64,000 nt of DNA from Felis catus. Taxonomy: Eukaryota. Position numbers and translations under genes: made by a program. How positions within the stretch are numbered: position 1 is the first letter of the stretch; every line of letters starts with the position of its first letter. Below, in pieces: positions 24,439 through 37,860 of this stretch. The notes below the pieces were generated by a model that worked only from the letters and a program-made list of their open reading frames with translations, did no database searches and was not told the origin of the DNA. Location: positions 95,482,001 through 95,546,000 of the forward strand of contig NC_058368.1 in NCBI RefSeq assembly GCF_018350175.1. The letters run 5' to 3'.

Positions 24439-24589
24439 AAATACTAAAAACTAAAGTTTTTACCCCACCCTCTAACTACATGCCACCTGTGTTACCCAAC
24501 TGTATTACAGCTGCAAAATGTCATTGTATTGTGTTCCAAGTTTCTCCACATTTTCTTCTGCTATATCACGTATACCAATTGTATAAATG

Positions 24590-25900
24590 AAATACATTTC
24601 TCTGTATTGATGAAGCACCTACTATGCACCTAGCCCTTGGAGCTTCAGAGGTGAATAATAAACATTTCATGGCCTCAGAATGTCTACAACATAACAAATG
24701 AAGTAGGAAAAAGAGCTAGCTGAACCAATCTAGTGGAGTGTTAAAAGCACAGTGAGCGAAGTCAGGTCAGTGTGAATTGGCACAGTAGGGAAGAGGAATG
24801 GTTACCAAAAATTAATAGTGGGGATGACAGAAAATGAGGCTTGGAGAGAAAGGAGACCCATCCCATGGTTGCGGTGTGGCTAGGGTATTTGAGATACAAG
24901 GAGGTAACTCACGGTGACATGAAGCAAATGGATGTAGGAGTCGGGAACAGCTTTTTATTTTAGAAAAACAAAATACCATGGCTGTGATATGGAGAAGGAA
25001 TTAGAGGAACAGGAGATTAGAGGCGGTAGATCATATTAGGATCTATTTCTTAGTGAAAGACCATGTTTTATATAAAAAATAAACATGCTTAGGAGGGGCG
25101 CCTGGGTGGCTCAGTCGGTTGAGTGTCCGACTTCAACTCAGGTCACGATCTCATGGTTTATGAGTTTGAGCCCCATGTCAGGCTCTGTGCTGAAAGCTCA
25201 GAGCCTGGAGTCTGCTTCAGATTCTTTATCTCCCTCACACTCTGCCTCTCCTTCGCTCATGCTCTGTCTCTTGCTCTCAAAATTAAATAAACATTGAAAA
25301 GATGAAAAAGAAAACATGCACAGGAACATGAAGCCAGATAAGAAAAAGGTGGAGGACGTAGAAACTTAGAAGACTTGTTCAACACGGACTGCTTGCGCGT
25401 CAGCCTGAGAAAGAGCAGGAAGATTCCTTGATATCCGGGGAATATGTGGATAGAAGTGCTATTCAAGAAGAAAGGAAATCAGTAGAAATGCCAGGACTAG
25501 AAGAATCTGTGTGTGAAACATCCTTGGGAAATCCAGGTGGAGATTCCCTTGATATTATTTAAGGGTCTGGATATAGAGATTCCACACTTAGCTGCAATTA
25601 GGTAGCAATAGAAGTGTGAGCTCAATTAGCTCCTGCAGGGAAGAGAAGGCATTGAAGTAGCCTGAGCATCAAAGAATCCAGAGCAAGGAAGAGAATCAGG
25701 TCAGAACAAAACAGGGAAATCAAGATGGACGAAGTTGCGGGATGTTAAAAGCAAGGGGGTGTAAGAGCTTGGGAGAGGTCGCGAAATCAGCAGTCTGATG
25801 GCTGGGACTTTTTCCAGAGGCTGTGAAGCATACTTACCTCAGCTACCAGAGGTCAGTCTTGGGTTGAAAGTGTGAGGGAAAAGGGAGACGGACTGACACT
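24590..25900 (-). mobile_element. L2 fragments, interrupted by a SINE
   Basis: gaagcacctactatgc..., ggaaatccaggtggagat and other decayed L2 motifs. Confidence 0.55.
25095..25312 (+). mobile_element. Can-SINE
   Basis: Head ggggcgcctgggtggctcagtcgg; TSD aaacatgc. Confidence 0.95.
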
Positions 25901-26544
25901 TTCTAGATGGTTTAGTTGTTTTCAGTATTGCCCTCAGTGTTGTAGTATACTTTTCACTGGTACAGTACACTTTTCAAGTCTAAATATACAGCATACTAGA
26001 TTCTGTAATTCTGAGACCGGCAACTTTAATTATTTCATGCAGCCAAGTACTTCCTGATAGCTGATTTTTCTGAACCTGGAGTTACTGGTCCGCCATTTTT
26101 TTTTTCTTTTTTAAATAGGTGCTCTTAAGAGCTAGGTGAACTTAATCCCCTGTCTCAACAGACTTGCCCTAACATACTTGCAGAGTTACATTGAGGAAGT
26201 CATTCTTACGTGTTTAGATGTTGCCATTTTATGTGACCCTCCTTAGGATACAGACTTCCTTGATTGATGAAATGTCTTGTGAGTAACGCTGCATGGAGAA
26301 GAGATAGGGAGGACTGTGATGGGAAGGAATATAAGTTTTGAGCTTCAGCGTGAGCGTGGAAAGAGGTGCTACCCGGGGACGTTCACAGAACCACTTGAGT
26401 TTCCAGAGGCTGTGTAAGAATATTGGCCACAGTATTTCCAGTCCGGAATGTGAAAAAGATGTCGTTCATACTGAGCCCCTTCCATACTGGTAGATACATA
26501 TTACCTCAGTTTATAGCAAAAAAAAAAAAAAAAAAATCTGCTAG

Positions 26545-26700
26545 AGTAGATATTATTATCCCTACTTACAGGTGACAAGAACATTGAGGCTCCAAAAGGT
26601 TGAATTATTTGCTCAAGGTTATATTGCTAATTAAAGTACCTGCTTTGAATGAAAAATTGTGCCAAACTTGGACATCCTTGAACTCTGGATCCTTTTCCTA
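26545..26700 (-). mobile_element. MIR
   Basis: attattatccctacttacaggtg...tgaggctc...tttgctcaaggt core. Confidence 0.7.
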
Positions 26701-26796
26701 TCAACAGGTGAGCCTTAACCTATACTCCTGGGTTTTGTAGCCTAGTGTCTCAGTTTAGAGCTCAAAATCATTTTTTCCCCAATCACATGTATTTCC

Positions 26797-27354
26797 TTGT
26801 GTCAGTCAAGATTCCTTAGTAACAGAAACTCAACTAAAATGGGCTTTAGCAAAAAAGGCAGTTTATGGGCTCACATAACTGAAAGATCTCAGGGCTATTC
26901 AAATTCAGGCATGGTTGGATCCAGGGCATTCAAAGTTATCGGGTATCTGTCTCCTCTGTATGGCTGTTATTTTTATCTGTATTGGCAACTTTCTCAAGCA
27001 GGCAGTTCCCATGTGGTGGTATATGTTAACCACGGAAAGCTGCAGGTTTATGTAGAAACAGATGAAAGAAAGTATCTCTCCCCCCAGATTTTCCTAATAG
27101 TTCCTTGTTATTATTCTGATTGGTTGGTTTCAGTCACATGCTTATCCCTAAGCTAATCCTTGCAATGGTGAGGTTGTGTTGTTCTTATTGGCCAGGTCTG
27201 AGTCACGTGCTCATTCTCGGAGCCTTAGCCTTACCCAAACCAGGTGGATTAGAAGTAGAAGGGGGGTGGGTTTTGTCCATGGGAAAATCCCGATGCTGTT
27301 AGAAAATAGAGAAAGGGAAATCTGGACAGTCACAAACAACAGATGTCCACTATA
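26797..27354 (-). mobile_element. MLT1K/J-like solo LTR
   Basis: tgtgtcagtcaagattcc...ggctcacataactgaaag...aacaacagatgtccactata. Confidence 0.75.
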
Positions 27355-28078
27355 ATGTTCATAAGATTATCCTTGTTGGGCCTGCTGCTCTAGTCAGTAA
27401 AGCAGATATGATTATGACAGGATTTTCTTACTTGCACATTTCTCCCTGCTTTTTCCTTTGCGCTTAGTATATTACACCCCACCAATCCTTTCAGAAACTT
27501 GCCATCTTTACTCTGCATTCTGGAAGCACTGAGAGATCTCATTCCCCTGAAGTATATGCTGGTAATTCTGAGGTTGTTTCAAAGGTCTGTACACACTTAT
27601 TTTTTGCCCTATATGTTTCATTTATGTGAATACTCAAATCCCAGGGGATAGGAATCTACAGACAAAATGGGCTAAAATTGAATGGAAGGACAGTCATCCT
27701 TACCCTCCTCTTTCCCCTCCCATCGCCCAATGAAATTGAAAAGCTGAATTTGGGGAATTGATTTAATAATTCCCTTTAATAATTGATTACACTGAAACAA
27801 AATAAGGCCGCTAGATAGATTGGTTTCTGGTGGCAAGACATACTACTCCATGGTCCAGTCATGGTTCCATGAAGGTCTGTGAATGTTGTATGTATGCATA
27901 TATTTATGTCATGTTGTTCTGAAGATACATTGGGCCATTCCTTGGGATATTTCATTTTTGTGGATGGGTGATGGGTGAAGTAAAACTCTGCAAGTTTTGA
28001 ACTTGGTTCCAACTTGTCCTGATATTCGTCTCTTTCACCTTTGTCCCAATGCATTATCATTTTTCTTGTCTCTTTCTT

Positions 28079-28186
28079 CTTAAGAAGGCTCCATGCTCCG
28101 TGCAGAGCCCAATTCAGGGTTTGAACTCACGACCCTGAGCTGAGATTAAGAGTCCACGCTTAACTAACTGAGCCACCCAGGTACCC
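28079..28186 (-). mobile_element. Short older Can-SINE
   Basis: aggctccatg...gagccacccaggtaccc; flanked by ttcttgtc. Confidence 0.85.
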
Positions 28187-28459
28187 TTCTTCTTGTCCCT
28201 ATCTTGATGTCTTTACCTCCCCACTCATCACCTTTTCTAACATTCCTTCTCCAATTCTTGAGTTAATCAGCATTATAATTACATTCTATTGGATCACACT
28301 TTGGTTTTTTTACATTCATAAGCATCTTTTTAACATGTGCTTTTTTACACTTCTTGCAAGAGAGTGTAGAAAAGCCGTCTCTTAAATTACTGGAACACTT
28401 GGCTTTGTGTATCCTGCAAGTAACATTTTCATAAAAGACCTTTAAAACCTGTGCTTTTT

Positions 28460-30730
28460 AATTTTTTACTAGTTGTATTGAGATTTATGAATACCCATCA
28501 GTGTAAAAGTACAAAGCATATAACATAATGGTTGACTTATGTATATTAGGAAATAATCATTGTAACAGAGTTAATTAGCATCCACCATTTCCTAGAGATA
28601 GAAAGAGAAGGCCAAAAAAAGGAAGAAAAAAATTTTTTTGACTTGTGATGAGAGCTCTTGGGATTTATTCTTTGAAGAACTTGCCTGTGGATCATACGGC
28701 AGTGTTACCTATAGTCGTCGTGCTGTGTATTATATCTCTAGTACTTACTTACTTGTAACTGGAAGTTCTTGCCTTTTGACCACCTTCTCTCAATTCCATA
28801 CCCTGCCCCCCCATAAGCCCCCCCTCCCCGGCTCCCACCTCTGGATCTCTTTTTCTGAGTTTTCCCTTTTGTTTGTAGTTTTTCATCCCACACATAAATG
28901 AGATCATCCAATATTTGCCTTTGTCTGTCTGACTTATTTCAGTGAGCATAATGCCTTCAAGGTTCATCCATGTTGATGGAAATGATAGAGTTTCCTTGTG
29001 GGTTTTTTTTTTAATGGCCAAATAATATGCCATTGTGTATGTGTATATATACTGTCACAAATTCTTTATCCATTCATCTCTTGATGGACACTTAGATCGT
29101 ATCCCTGTTCTGGCTCTGGTAAATCATGCGGCTATGACCATATGAGTGAAGATAGCTTTTCAAGTGTGTGTTTTTGTTTGCTTTGGAAGTCTTCCCAGAA
29201 ATGGACCTGTTGGAGCACATGTTAGCTCCGTTTCTCATTTTCTGAAGATCCTCCGTAGTCAGTATTCCACAGTGGCTGAACCAGTTAACAGCCTCACCAA
29301 CAGTACACACAGGTTCCCTTTTCTTGACATCGTCATGAGGACTTGTTACCTCCTGTCTTTCTGATCATGATCATTCGAACAGGCACGAGGTGATACCTTA
29401 CTATGGTCATGATTTGCATTTCCCTGATAACCAGTGATGCTCAACATTTTTCACCGTGTCTTTTAGCCACCTGTAGGTCTTCTTTGGAAAAATGTCTACT
29501 CAGATTCTTGGCTTGTTTCTTAATTGGACTGTTGGTGTATTTGGTGTTGCATTGTATGAGTTCTTAAATTTTTGGATATAAACACCTTATCAGATGCACT
29601 ATTTACAAGTAACTTGTGCCATTCGACAGGTTGCCTTTTCATTTGGTTGGTGGGCAAAAGCTTTTTCGTCTGATGTCATCCCAATTTAGTTTTGCTTTAG
29701 TGGATCTTGCCTGAAGAAACAAGATCATTTGATTTGCATTTTCCTAATGGCTAGTTGAATATCTTGTCACACACCTGTTTGCGTTTCCTGGGAAAAATGT
29801 TTACTCAGGCATTTTGCCTATTTTAAAAATTGGATTATTAGTGGCTTTTAAAGTTTATTTTGCTCTTGAGTTGTAGGGGTTCTTTATATATTTTGGATAT
29901 AAACTCCTTACCCGATTTAAGATTTGAAAATACTCTTTCCCATGCCATCAGTTGTCTTTCCACTTGGTTGATTTTCTTTTGCTGTACAGAAGCGTTCTGC
30001 ATTGATGGAGTCCCACTTGTTTACTTTTTTATTTCATTGCTTGTGCTTTTGGTATGCTATCCAAAATATCATTGCCAAGACCTATGCCATCATGATGCTT
30101 TGTTTCTTCTAGGAGTTTCATGGTCTCAGATTTTAGATTGTGGGTTAATTTTTGTGAGTGGTGTAAGATCGGAGTCCAGTTTCATTCTTTTACATGTGAC
30201 TGTTCAATTTTTCTAGCACCATTTATTAAACAGACTGTTTTTCCTCCGTGAAGTATTCTTGACTTCCTTGCCAGTTATTTGTTGATGGTATATGCTAAGA
30301 TCTGGTTCTGGGTTTTTGATTCTGTTCCGTTGATCTTTTTGTCCATTTTGTGCCAGGATCATGTTGTTTGTTTACTGTAGCTTGGTAGGATAGCTTGACA
30401 TCAAGAAGTGTGATGTTTCTTGCTTTCTCAGGATTGCTTTGCTCATTTAGGGTCTTCCTAGGTTTCATAAAAAATTGTGGGTTTTTTTTTGTACTTCTTT
30501 AAAAAATGCCATTGGGGGTGTCTGGGTGGCTCAGTTGGTTGAGTGTCCAACTTCTGCTCAGGTCATGATCTCACGGTTCATGGGTCTGAGTCCCACCTTG
30601 GGCTCTGTGCTGATAGCTCAGAGTCTGGACCCTGCTTTAGATTCATGTCTTCTCTGTCTGCTCCTTCCCTGCTGTTTCTCTCTCTCAAAGTAAATAAACA
30701 CTTAAACAAAAAATGCCATCAGAATCTTGA
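28460..30730 (-). mobile_element. Carnivore/L1MA-type L1 (3'UTR + ORF2), two overlapping segments
   Basis: ORF 28749-29033 (YYLAIKK..TWMNLEGIMLTEISQTDKGKYWMIS) is the ORF2p C-terminus; the same ORF2 part recurs at about 29410 and 29730. Confidence 0.88.
30514..30710 (+). mobile_element. Can-SINE
   Basis: TSD aaaaaatgccat. Confidence 0.94.
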
Positions 30731-31887
30731 TAGGGAAACACGACAGTTTTTAACCAGTCCCTAAGAGATTGTTCGGGATGGAAATTACTAAAATTTATGT
30801 TATTTCTGTGTTCACGATATACTGAGATCATCCTGAGTGAGTGGAAAATATGTATTGCTAAGTTCTTTCTAGAAACAGAATCCAAATAAGACAAGTTAGT
30901 GTGGAAGTTTTTCATGAGTACCTCCTTGATGGTTTTTTAAATCTCACAATAAATATATGAAAAATAATTTTTTTCCAATATGACATTTCTGGGGATAGCA
31001 TTTTTTTTATATCCTAGAAAAAAACAGAACACAACCTTCTTTATGAAAATTACACTCCAGGCAAATATTGACCCCAAATAACTCCAAAATGGGATGAATT
31101 TCAGTGTGATTTTGTAGCAAAGTAAGAAGTTATGAATTGTTTATTTGCCAATACCAAAATAAATACAGAATGAAAAATTAACTTTTCTGGTATTAGAGCA
31201 AATCTAAATAAAATCAAATGATTTGACTTTTTCCCCTAACCCACTTGAATGTTTGTTAGTCAGGTAAAGGTTATGCTGCAGTATTCTTGATCAGCTCTGT
31301 CTGTCTCTCTCTTTTTTCTTAATTAATGTCCATTTATCATCTATTCAACACTGGGTTGTTCCATGAAGAAAAACGGGAAAATTATTTCATCTGTAACTAT
31401 AAGAGGTGTCATAGTTGCTAACAACAACAAAAACCCCAAAACACTTGGCTTACTAATCTTAAATTGTTTCATATTAATGTGCCTCTCTGCAAAGGTATGG
31501 TAAAGGTAGATGTGTGTTAAAAGAAGAAGGCAAAGTGAGCTTCAGCTCAAACTACAATTATAGTTTGTCCTACTCTTTCTGCAGTAAGGAAGGGGAAGTA
31601 GGAATTGAACCAAATACCACTGCTGAGATGCTGTGATGATGCCCCTTGTAATGGTTTTGGTGGGAACTTGAGAGCACTTCATTGTGTATACAAGGTATTT
31701 AACCTTTCCTGATGTTATGGGACACTTCATAAGGAAATTTTTCTGTTTTGAGTCTCTGATATTTCATAGCCTGATAACTCTGAGAGTCAAGTATGGCAGG
31801 ACATAATTTGATGAGTGTGAAGAGAGATAACCCTTGCTCAAGAAAGCTTACAATCTAATGGGAATAGCTATAAAGACTTCTTATTTT

Positions 31888-32101
31888 GGGGGGCCCCTTG
31901 GGTGGCTCAGTCAGTGAAGCATCAGACTTCAGCTCAGGTAGTGATCTCAACATCCCTGAGTTCGGCCCCGCGTCAGGCTCTGTGCTGATGGCTCAGAGTC
32001 TGGAGCCTGTTTCAGATTCTGTGTCTCCCTGTCTTTCTGTCCCTACCCTGCTCACGCTCTGTCTATCTCTGAAAAAATGAATGCACCTTAAAAATTTTTT
32101 T
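31888..32101 (+). mobile_element. Can-SINE
   Basis: TSD aaagactt(c/g)ttattt. Confidence 0.94.
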
Positions 32102-32250
32102 AAAAGACTTGTTATTTTTGGCTTTTTTAAAATTGTTCTCTGATTTAAACCATGACTTGACAAAATCATAGCTAGATAAGCTAAAAATCGACGCAAAATA
32201 CACAAAACCGTTATTCCACTTTTGTTACCTGGTTGAAAAAATAGGATATT

Positions 32251-32446
32251 TTATTTTATTTATTTATTTTTTAAGGATTTTTTAAATGTTTTTATTTATT
32301 TTTGAGGCAGAGACAGAGCATGAGGATGGGAGGGGCAGAGAGAGAGGGAGACACAGAGCCTGACACAGGGCTCGAACTCATGGACTGTGAGGTCATGACC
32401 TGAGCTGAAGTCGGACGCTCAACTGACTGAGCCGCCCAGGCGCCCC
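32251..32446 (-). mobile_element. Can-SINE with a 39-nt internal deletion
   Basis: TSD aaaatagga; deletion between two cacaga copies. Confidence 0.93.
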
Positions 32447-35364
32447 AAAAATAGGACGCTTTAAAACTTCCTTCCTCTCTTAAAGTTGTAGTTTTCTAAT
32501 TAATACTTAGTTATTTGCAAAGATCTCACTTCACCCATTTGAGACTGGGAATGAAAAGGTACAATGAATGTAATGTGACCTATATCATGATGGATGATCC
32601 TTGTGTCCTAACAGTAGGGACAAGTGTATTTCCTATAAACTGAAAAGGCAGTCTTGGGTTTTCTGTGCTGAGACCAGGAGTAATTCACATACGAAAGTTG
32701 CACACAACAGGTGAGCATAGGTAAACACGAGTCAGATGGAGACATGACTGGAAAGAACACTTTGTTGCATCAACTGATTTACAATATGGTGACTGCAAAC
32801 CCCAGTAACAATCTCAGTGGTCACACAGCCAGATCTAAGGGTGCCCAGAGGTGTCAGAGGTGACTCGATTGGCCCCAGGACATGGGATGGAGAGCCTCAA
32901 CATTAGCACAGGGCACAATTCCCCCTCCCAAAGGATAAGCCATTCTTTTTTGGTTTTGTTGGTTTGTGTGTTTGTTTAAGGATAAACCATTCTTAAGAGA
33001 AACACTACTGAGGGATTCTGCTGAGAGCGGTATAAATTTTTTCCCAGTGTTCGAGACTTTCTAAATTTCATGACAAGAGTTGTTGAGCTATACTTTTTTT
33101 CACGCTTACACCAAAGATTTTCCCCACGTTCCATTGGTGACTTTATGCACTTAAAAACTTTTATAAGTAAATACCAAGTGCAGGCACGGGAAACAAGTAC
33201 AGCTAAACACCAATTACAATAACACAAGCTCACGCAGGTCTCCCTGAACTCTGTAATTCGCATTCCATAAATCTTACCACATCAGTTTCAAGGTAAATCC
33301 GCACTGTCGGTGGATCTGTGGCTCAGCCTCCCAGCCCCACACTTCCCCTAGTGGTCTGAAAAAAATGAAAACAGATCTTCCTAGAGAGTCTGCCATACGA
33401 CTGGGGGCTTAAACACATGCAGAATCTTTCTGAGTCTCTAGTAATTAATTATCATCAGTGGTCTCATTGACAGCTGGGGGCCACATTTAGCCGAGCAGCT
33501 GCCCTGGGTTGGACAATGCTATGTTTGTTCTAAGCCTCTTGGGTGATTCTTGCTGTATGTAAAACAGCAGCAGTCAGACTCCCATTTGCTTCCGCGTAGA
33601 TGCTTTATGACTTGTGCGTCAGGACTATGGCAACCCTTCAGGACCACTGAATGCCTGGTAAATACCGTGAGATGACTCCTTAGATGTGAGCGGAGAGAAC
33701 AGGAAATCATGAAACCACAAGTGGAAGTGAAATAGAACCCCCAATAAAACGGCATGAAAGTATGGAGTTGGTGCAAGGCTGACTTAATTATCCTCCTCAT
33801 TTGGAAATTTGTGGAGAGACTGGAGATGGAAGTTCAAACCCTCCACAAGAACCTCTGTGACTGCCCAGCTAGAGAAAACAGTTTGGTGTAACATACGTCT
33901 TAGCGGACTGTGACAAACGTAATTAAGAGAGTCTAGCCTGTTATTAGATCTTAAGGATCTGTGAATTACCAGATGATACTCTCCATGCAATATCCGGTGC
34001 CCTTATCTTATTCTTTAAATATCAGCAAGACACAGCAGTAACGCACCACAATAAATCTCAGCTTTGGAAGGAATATAGTGAAGGAGGAAAATCGGGAACT
34101 TGCTCTGTTACCCAAACACAAGTTCTCAGACTTGAGAGGCCAAGGGGTAATATATTCCTCATCTTGTCCTCAATTTCCTTTTGGTGTTTTCAACATGACC
34201 TATGAAATGACTTTAAGTATTTCGCACGCTTGGCGGAGACTATTTTCCTATTCACAGGAGGCTCTGCAGATAAATTCCTTGTTTATCTCTTTGCTTAGCG
34301 CCTATCTTCTGAGGAGTTGTGGCTTATGAATTGAGGATTAAGTCAAATAAATGCCAGGCTGGGGGGTAGAAAGGAGTCTAAGGGGTCACTTGTGAGTTCA
34401 CGGCAGCTCAGTCATGTCCATTTTTTTTTTTTAAACTTGGTCGGATTTATAAGAAGCACAATCCAGCAGGGTTTGTTCAGAGACTGTGCACATCGATGAA
34501 GACTTCTTTCCACTGTTGGTCACCTAGGATTTTCTCTGGGAAGAGACATGGTCACCCAAAGCGAATGGCAGTAAACATGGCAGTTGTGCTGGTCTTTGAG
34601 TATTTCTTTTCCTGGTTTCAACTTGACATTCCTCTGACATGAATTTGAAAAGCATTTCCCCGCTTTGTAAAACTCCCATCAACATCTGTTCACCACTATA
34701 AAAGTTTGTAGTTACGTGGAAATTTGAAATGTAAATCAGATAGCATTTTCTGTTACAACTTTCAATTAAGAAGAAAGAGCTGGATGTTGTAAGGGATTCA
34801 AGGTGAGCAGAAGGATTGTCCCATAAATACCTTTTTCTTCAAATCAAAATGCATGCTAGCCAATGTCGCTTTCTCTTATGGTGTCGTTGTGGGTCTTTGT
34901 TTTGCAATAGAAACTAAGGTATTTCCCCCACAATATTTCTGCTGATGGAAAACACTAAAAAGCTAATAATATCAGGAAAACTGTTGTCTTAGTCTACACA
35001 TGATTTAGGCTTACACTAGCGTTTGTTGATGAAAGTTGGAAACAGGCTTTGCTACATTCACACTTACTTCAGATGCCTCTCTTGTAAAGGGCAGGTTTCT
35101 CTGGCTTCCAACCAGGTAGATTTTAACAATAGAGACATTAATGAAAAAGCTTTCCACAATGTTAAGTGCTTTGCGAAGCTACCTGGCATAAAATAGGCAC
35201 TCAGTCATGGTTCTGGAATGAGTGAAGGCACAGAAGGAAAAAGGTACCATAACACCAGTGGAAAACTAGATAAGATCCTGGTCATGAGCAGGAAGGCTTT
35301 TTATCCGTTGGCTGTGTATTTCAATGTTCTGATGGTTACACGTTAGCTAATATTTTGTTCCTCT

Positions 35365-35595
35365 TTTTTTAAAATTTCTATTTATTTTTAATTAATTAAT
35401 TTTTTAAAAACTGATTTGAGAGCGAGAGAATGAGCAGGAGAGAAGGTCAGACAAAAGGAGAGAGAGAATCCCAAGCAAGCTCCACGCAGTCAGCACAGAG
35501 CCTGGTTCATGGCTTGAACTCATGAACTGTGAGATCACGACCTGAGCCGAAAACAGGAGTTAGATGCTTCACGGACTGAGCCACCCAGGCGCCCC
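35365..35595 (-). mobile_element. Can-SINE
   Basis: TSD ttgttcctctt. Confidence 0.94.
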
Positions 35596-35934
35596 AGTCT
35601 CTTGTTCCTCTTGGTGAAAGAAATGTTTGGAGAAAATCATCGTTCAGCCAGTGCAGGAAACTCCAGGAAATCATGAACTATGTGAATAATTACTCCATAT
35701 CAACAGGAGTGTTGGGAATTTAAAAATAAGTAAAGGCGTATTGAAATTGATGGGTTAGAGGAGGTTTATCATAAAAGGGAAAATGTCATAAAGCCTTTCA
35801 TTTTAGGTCTTTATAATTCAACTTATTTCCCAGCCTCTATCTTTTTTATGGTCAACAGTGAACTTTGATATTGCCCTCAAGTCAGTTAATAGGTGGCAGT
35901 ATACATTAATCACATTTTGACTCTAATCAATAGG

Positions 35935-36090
35935 ATATACTGGTGAGCTTTGGTGTCAGACAGACCTAGCTTTGCAATTATGGTCAGCTTTTAAAATGTT
36001 TCCTCATGTGAAAATGGTCATAATGAAACTTTGCTTTTAGGGTTGGTAAGTATTAAGTCAGAGTAGATGTGAAAAGCATTTTGCCCAGTT
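35935..36090 (+). mobile_element. MIR
   Basis: gctttggtgtcagacagacct...tttcctcatgtgaaaatgg. Confidence 0.65.
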
Positions 36091-36150
36091 TCTAAATGCG
36101 TAAGAAATAGCGAGCTATTAACAAAACAACTTGGAGTGGTTCTTTCTGGT

Positions 36151-36280
36151 TAGGGTGACCATGTAATCTATCATCCGAGCCAGGGAGCTTTTGAAAGGAA
36201 AGCAGAGACCATTCAGAATGACACTGGGACACCAGGCATGAGCCAGAACTGTGGGCAAGAGGGGGACTAGAGTCGCCCTG
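36151..36280. mobile_element. MER94-like hAT-Blackjack MITE
   Basis: TIR-like ends tagggtgacc...agtcgccctg; internal similarity to recalled MER94. Confidence 0.75.
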
Positions 36281-36539
36281 CTCCTGACACATGTATCCCA
36301 AAGGAAAGAAGGTTTGCTAGACATCGAAGAGAAACGATACGTAACACGTTGCTTGTAACAGTGATCAAGATGGCAATTGGAGGGTTCTAGAAATCCGCTT
36401 GATAGTGTGTTGTTGCATGGGTAAGAAGATGTTAATCAGGAGAGGATAATTGTATTAGTGAGAGCTCTCTGGAAACCAAGAGAAGAGAAGAGTCCAGTGA
36501 GGACGACGATGCAGTGGGAGAGGTCTTTTGTAGGACAAG

Positions 36540-36720
36540 AGCCCTTCAAAGTGTGGTTTTTGGTCAGGCAGCATGGGACTCACTTGAGAAGCTGTTAGAA
36601 ATGCAAATTTTCTGGGCTCATTTCACACCTCTGGGGTGGGACTATCTGGGTCTGGCGCCCAGGAATTTGTTTTAACAAAATCTTCATGTATTCTCTGCAC
36701 ACTCAGGGTTGAGGAGTACT
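36540..36720. mobile_element. MER5A-like MITE
   Basis: tcaaagtgtggt...gttagaaatgcaaatt...cccaggaatttgttttaacaa. Confidence 0.8.
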
Positions 36721-36822
36721 GTTGCAGGAGATCGAGAGATTTCTGAAGTTGGAAAAGCAACCTTAAATGTAGGCCAATCTCCTCATTATACATTAAAAAA
36801 ACCCAAAAAACAAAAAACAAGG

Positions 36823-37013
36823 CTTTTTCTTTTCAATGTTCATGTATTTATTTTTGAGGGAGAGAGAGCAGGGAGAGAAAGAGAGAATACCAAGCAGCTT
36901 CCATGCTGTTAAGGCAGAGCCTGATGTGGGGCTTGAGCCCACCAACCGTGAGATCCTGACCTGAGCTGAAATCAAGAGTTGTGTACTTAACTGATTGAGC
37001 TACCTAGCCCCCC
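36823..37013 (-). mobile_element. Can-SINE
   Basis: Diverged SINE body. Confidence 0.9.
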
Positions 37014-37544
37014 AAAAGAAACCGAGTCTTGATAGAGTTTAAATATGTCAATTAAATCCACAAAATTAATGTAAGGGACATTACAGGTACAATCGTGGTT
37101 TTTCCTTGGTCTGTTTTTCTAGCTCATTTTATTAATGGAATGCCTGTCTACTCATGTCCAAATATCCCTTATAATGGACTTTGGGATATAATCTGTCCAT
37201 AGTTAAGAAGGACGTACCTGTACCAATCAGTATTGTGTTCTAGTCCGCAAATTCAGAATAATTCAAACTATGCTTGCAATATATGAAAGGTTGGTGGTTC
37301 TCATCATGAGCTGTTTTTATTTTTGGCTCTGATGAATGTATGTTGCTGTAAGTCAGATATTCACGTGTTTTAAATGAAATGCATATGATTTATAGATACA
37401 GAGATAAGAGTTTAAAAAGAAGGGTGACAGAAACAAAGAGAGCAGGCACCAAAATGAGGATGTTAGTCTATTGCGTGGCTTAGACAATTTCATGGGGAAA
37501 AAGAAACGATAGAGTCAGAAAAATAGAACCTATACCTCAGGATA

Positions 37545-37660
37545 ATAATAGCGGACATTTATGGACTGCTAGTTCAATGCCAGGCAACACAGTGCTTCAT
37601 GTGCGTTATTTAATCCTCATTGTTATCATGTGATAGAGGTAATGTCATTATTTCAGTTTT
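37545..37660 (-). mobile_element. MIR
   Basis: ataataatagcggacatttatgg...tgccaggc...tttaatcctca. Confidence 0.65.
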
Positions 37661-37672
37661 AAAAAGAAAACA

Positions 37673-37860
37673 TTTTTTTAAATTTTGTTTTAGAATAAGA
37701 GTGTATGCTTGTGGGCAGGGGTACAGGGAAAGAGAATATTAAACAGGCTCCATGTTCAGCGTGGAGCCTGATGCAGGGCTCGATCCCGTGACCCTGGGAT
37801 CATGACGTGAGCTGAAATCAGGAGTCCGATGTTGCACTGACTGAGCCACCCAGGTGCCCC
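37673..37860 (-). mobile_element. Can-SINE
   Basis: SINE body; flanked by agaaaacat. Confidence 0.92.
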
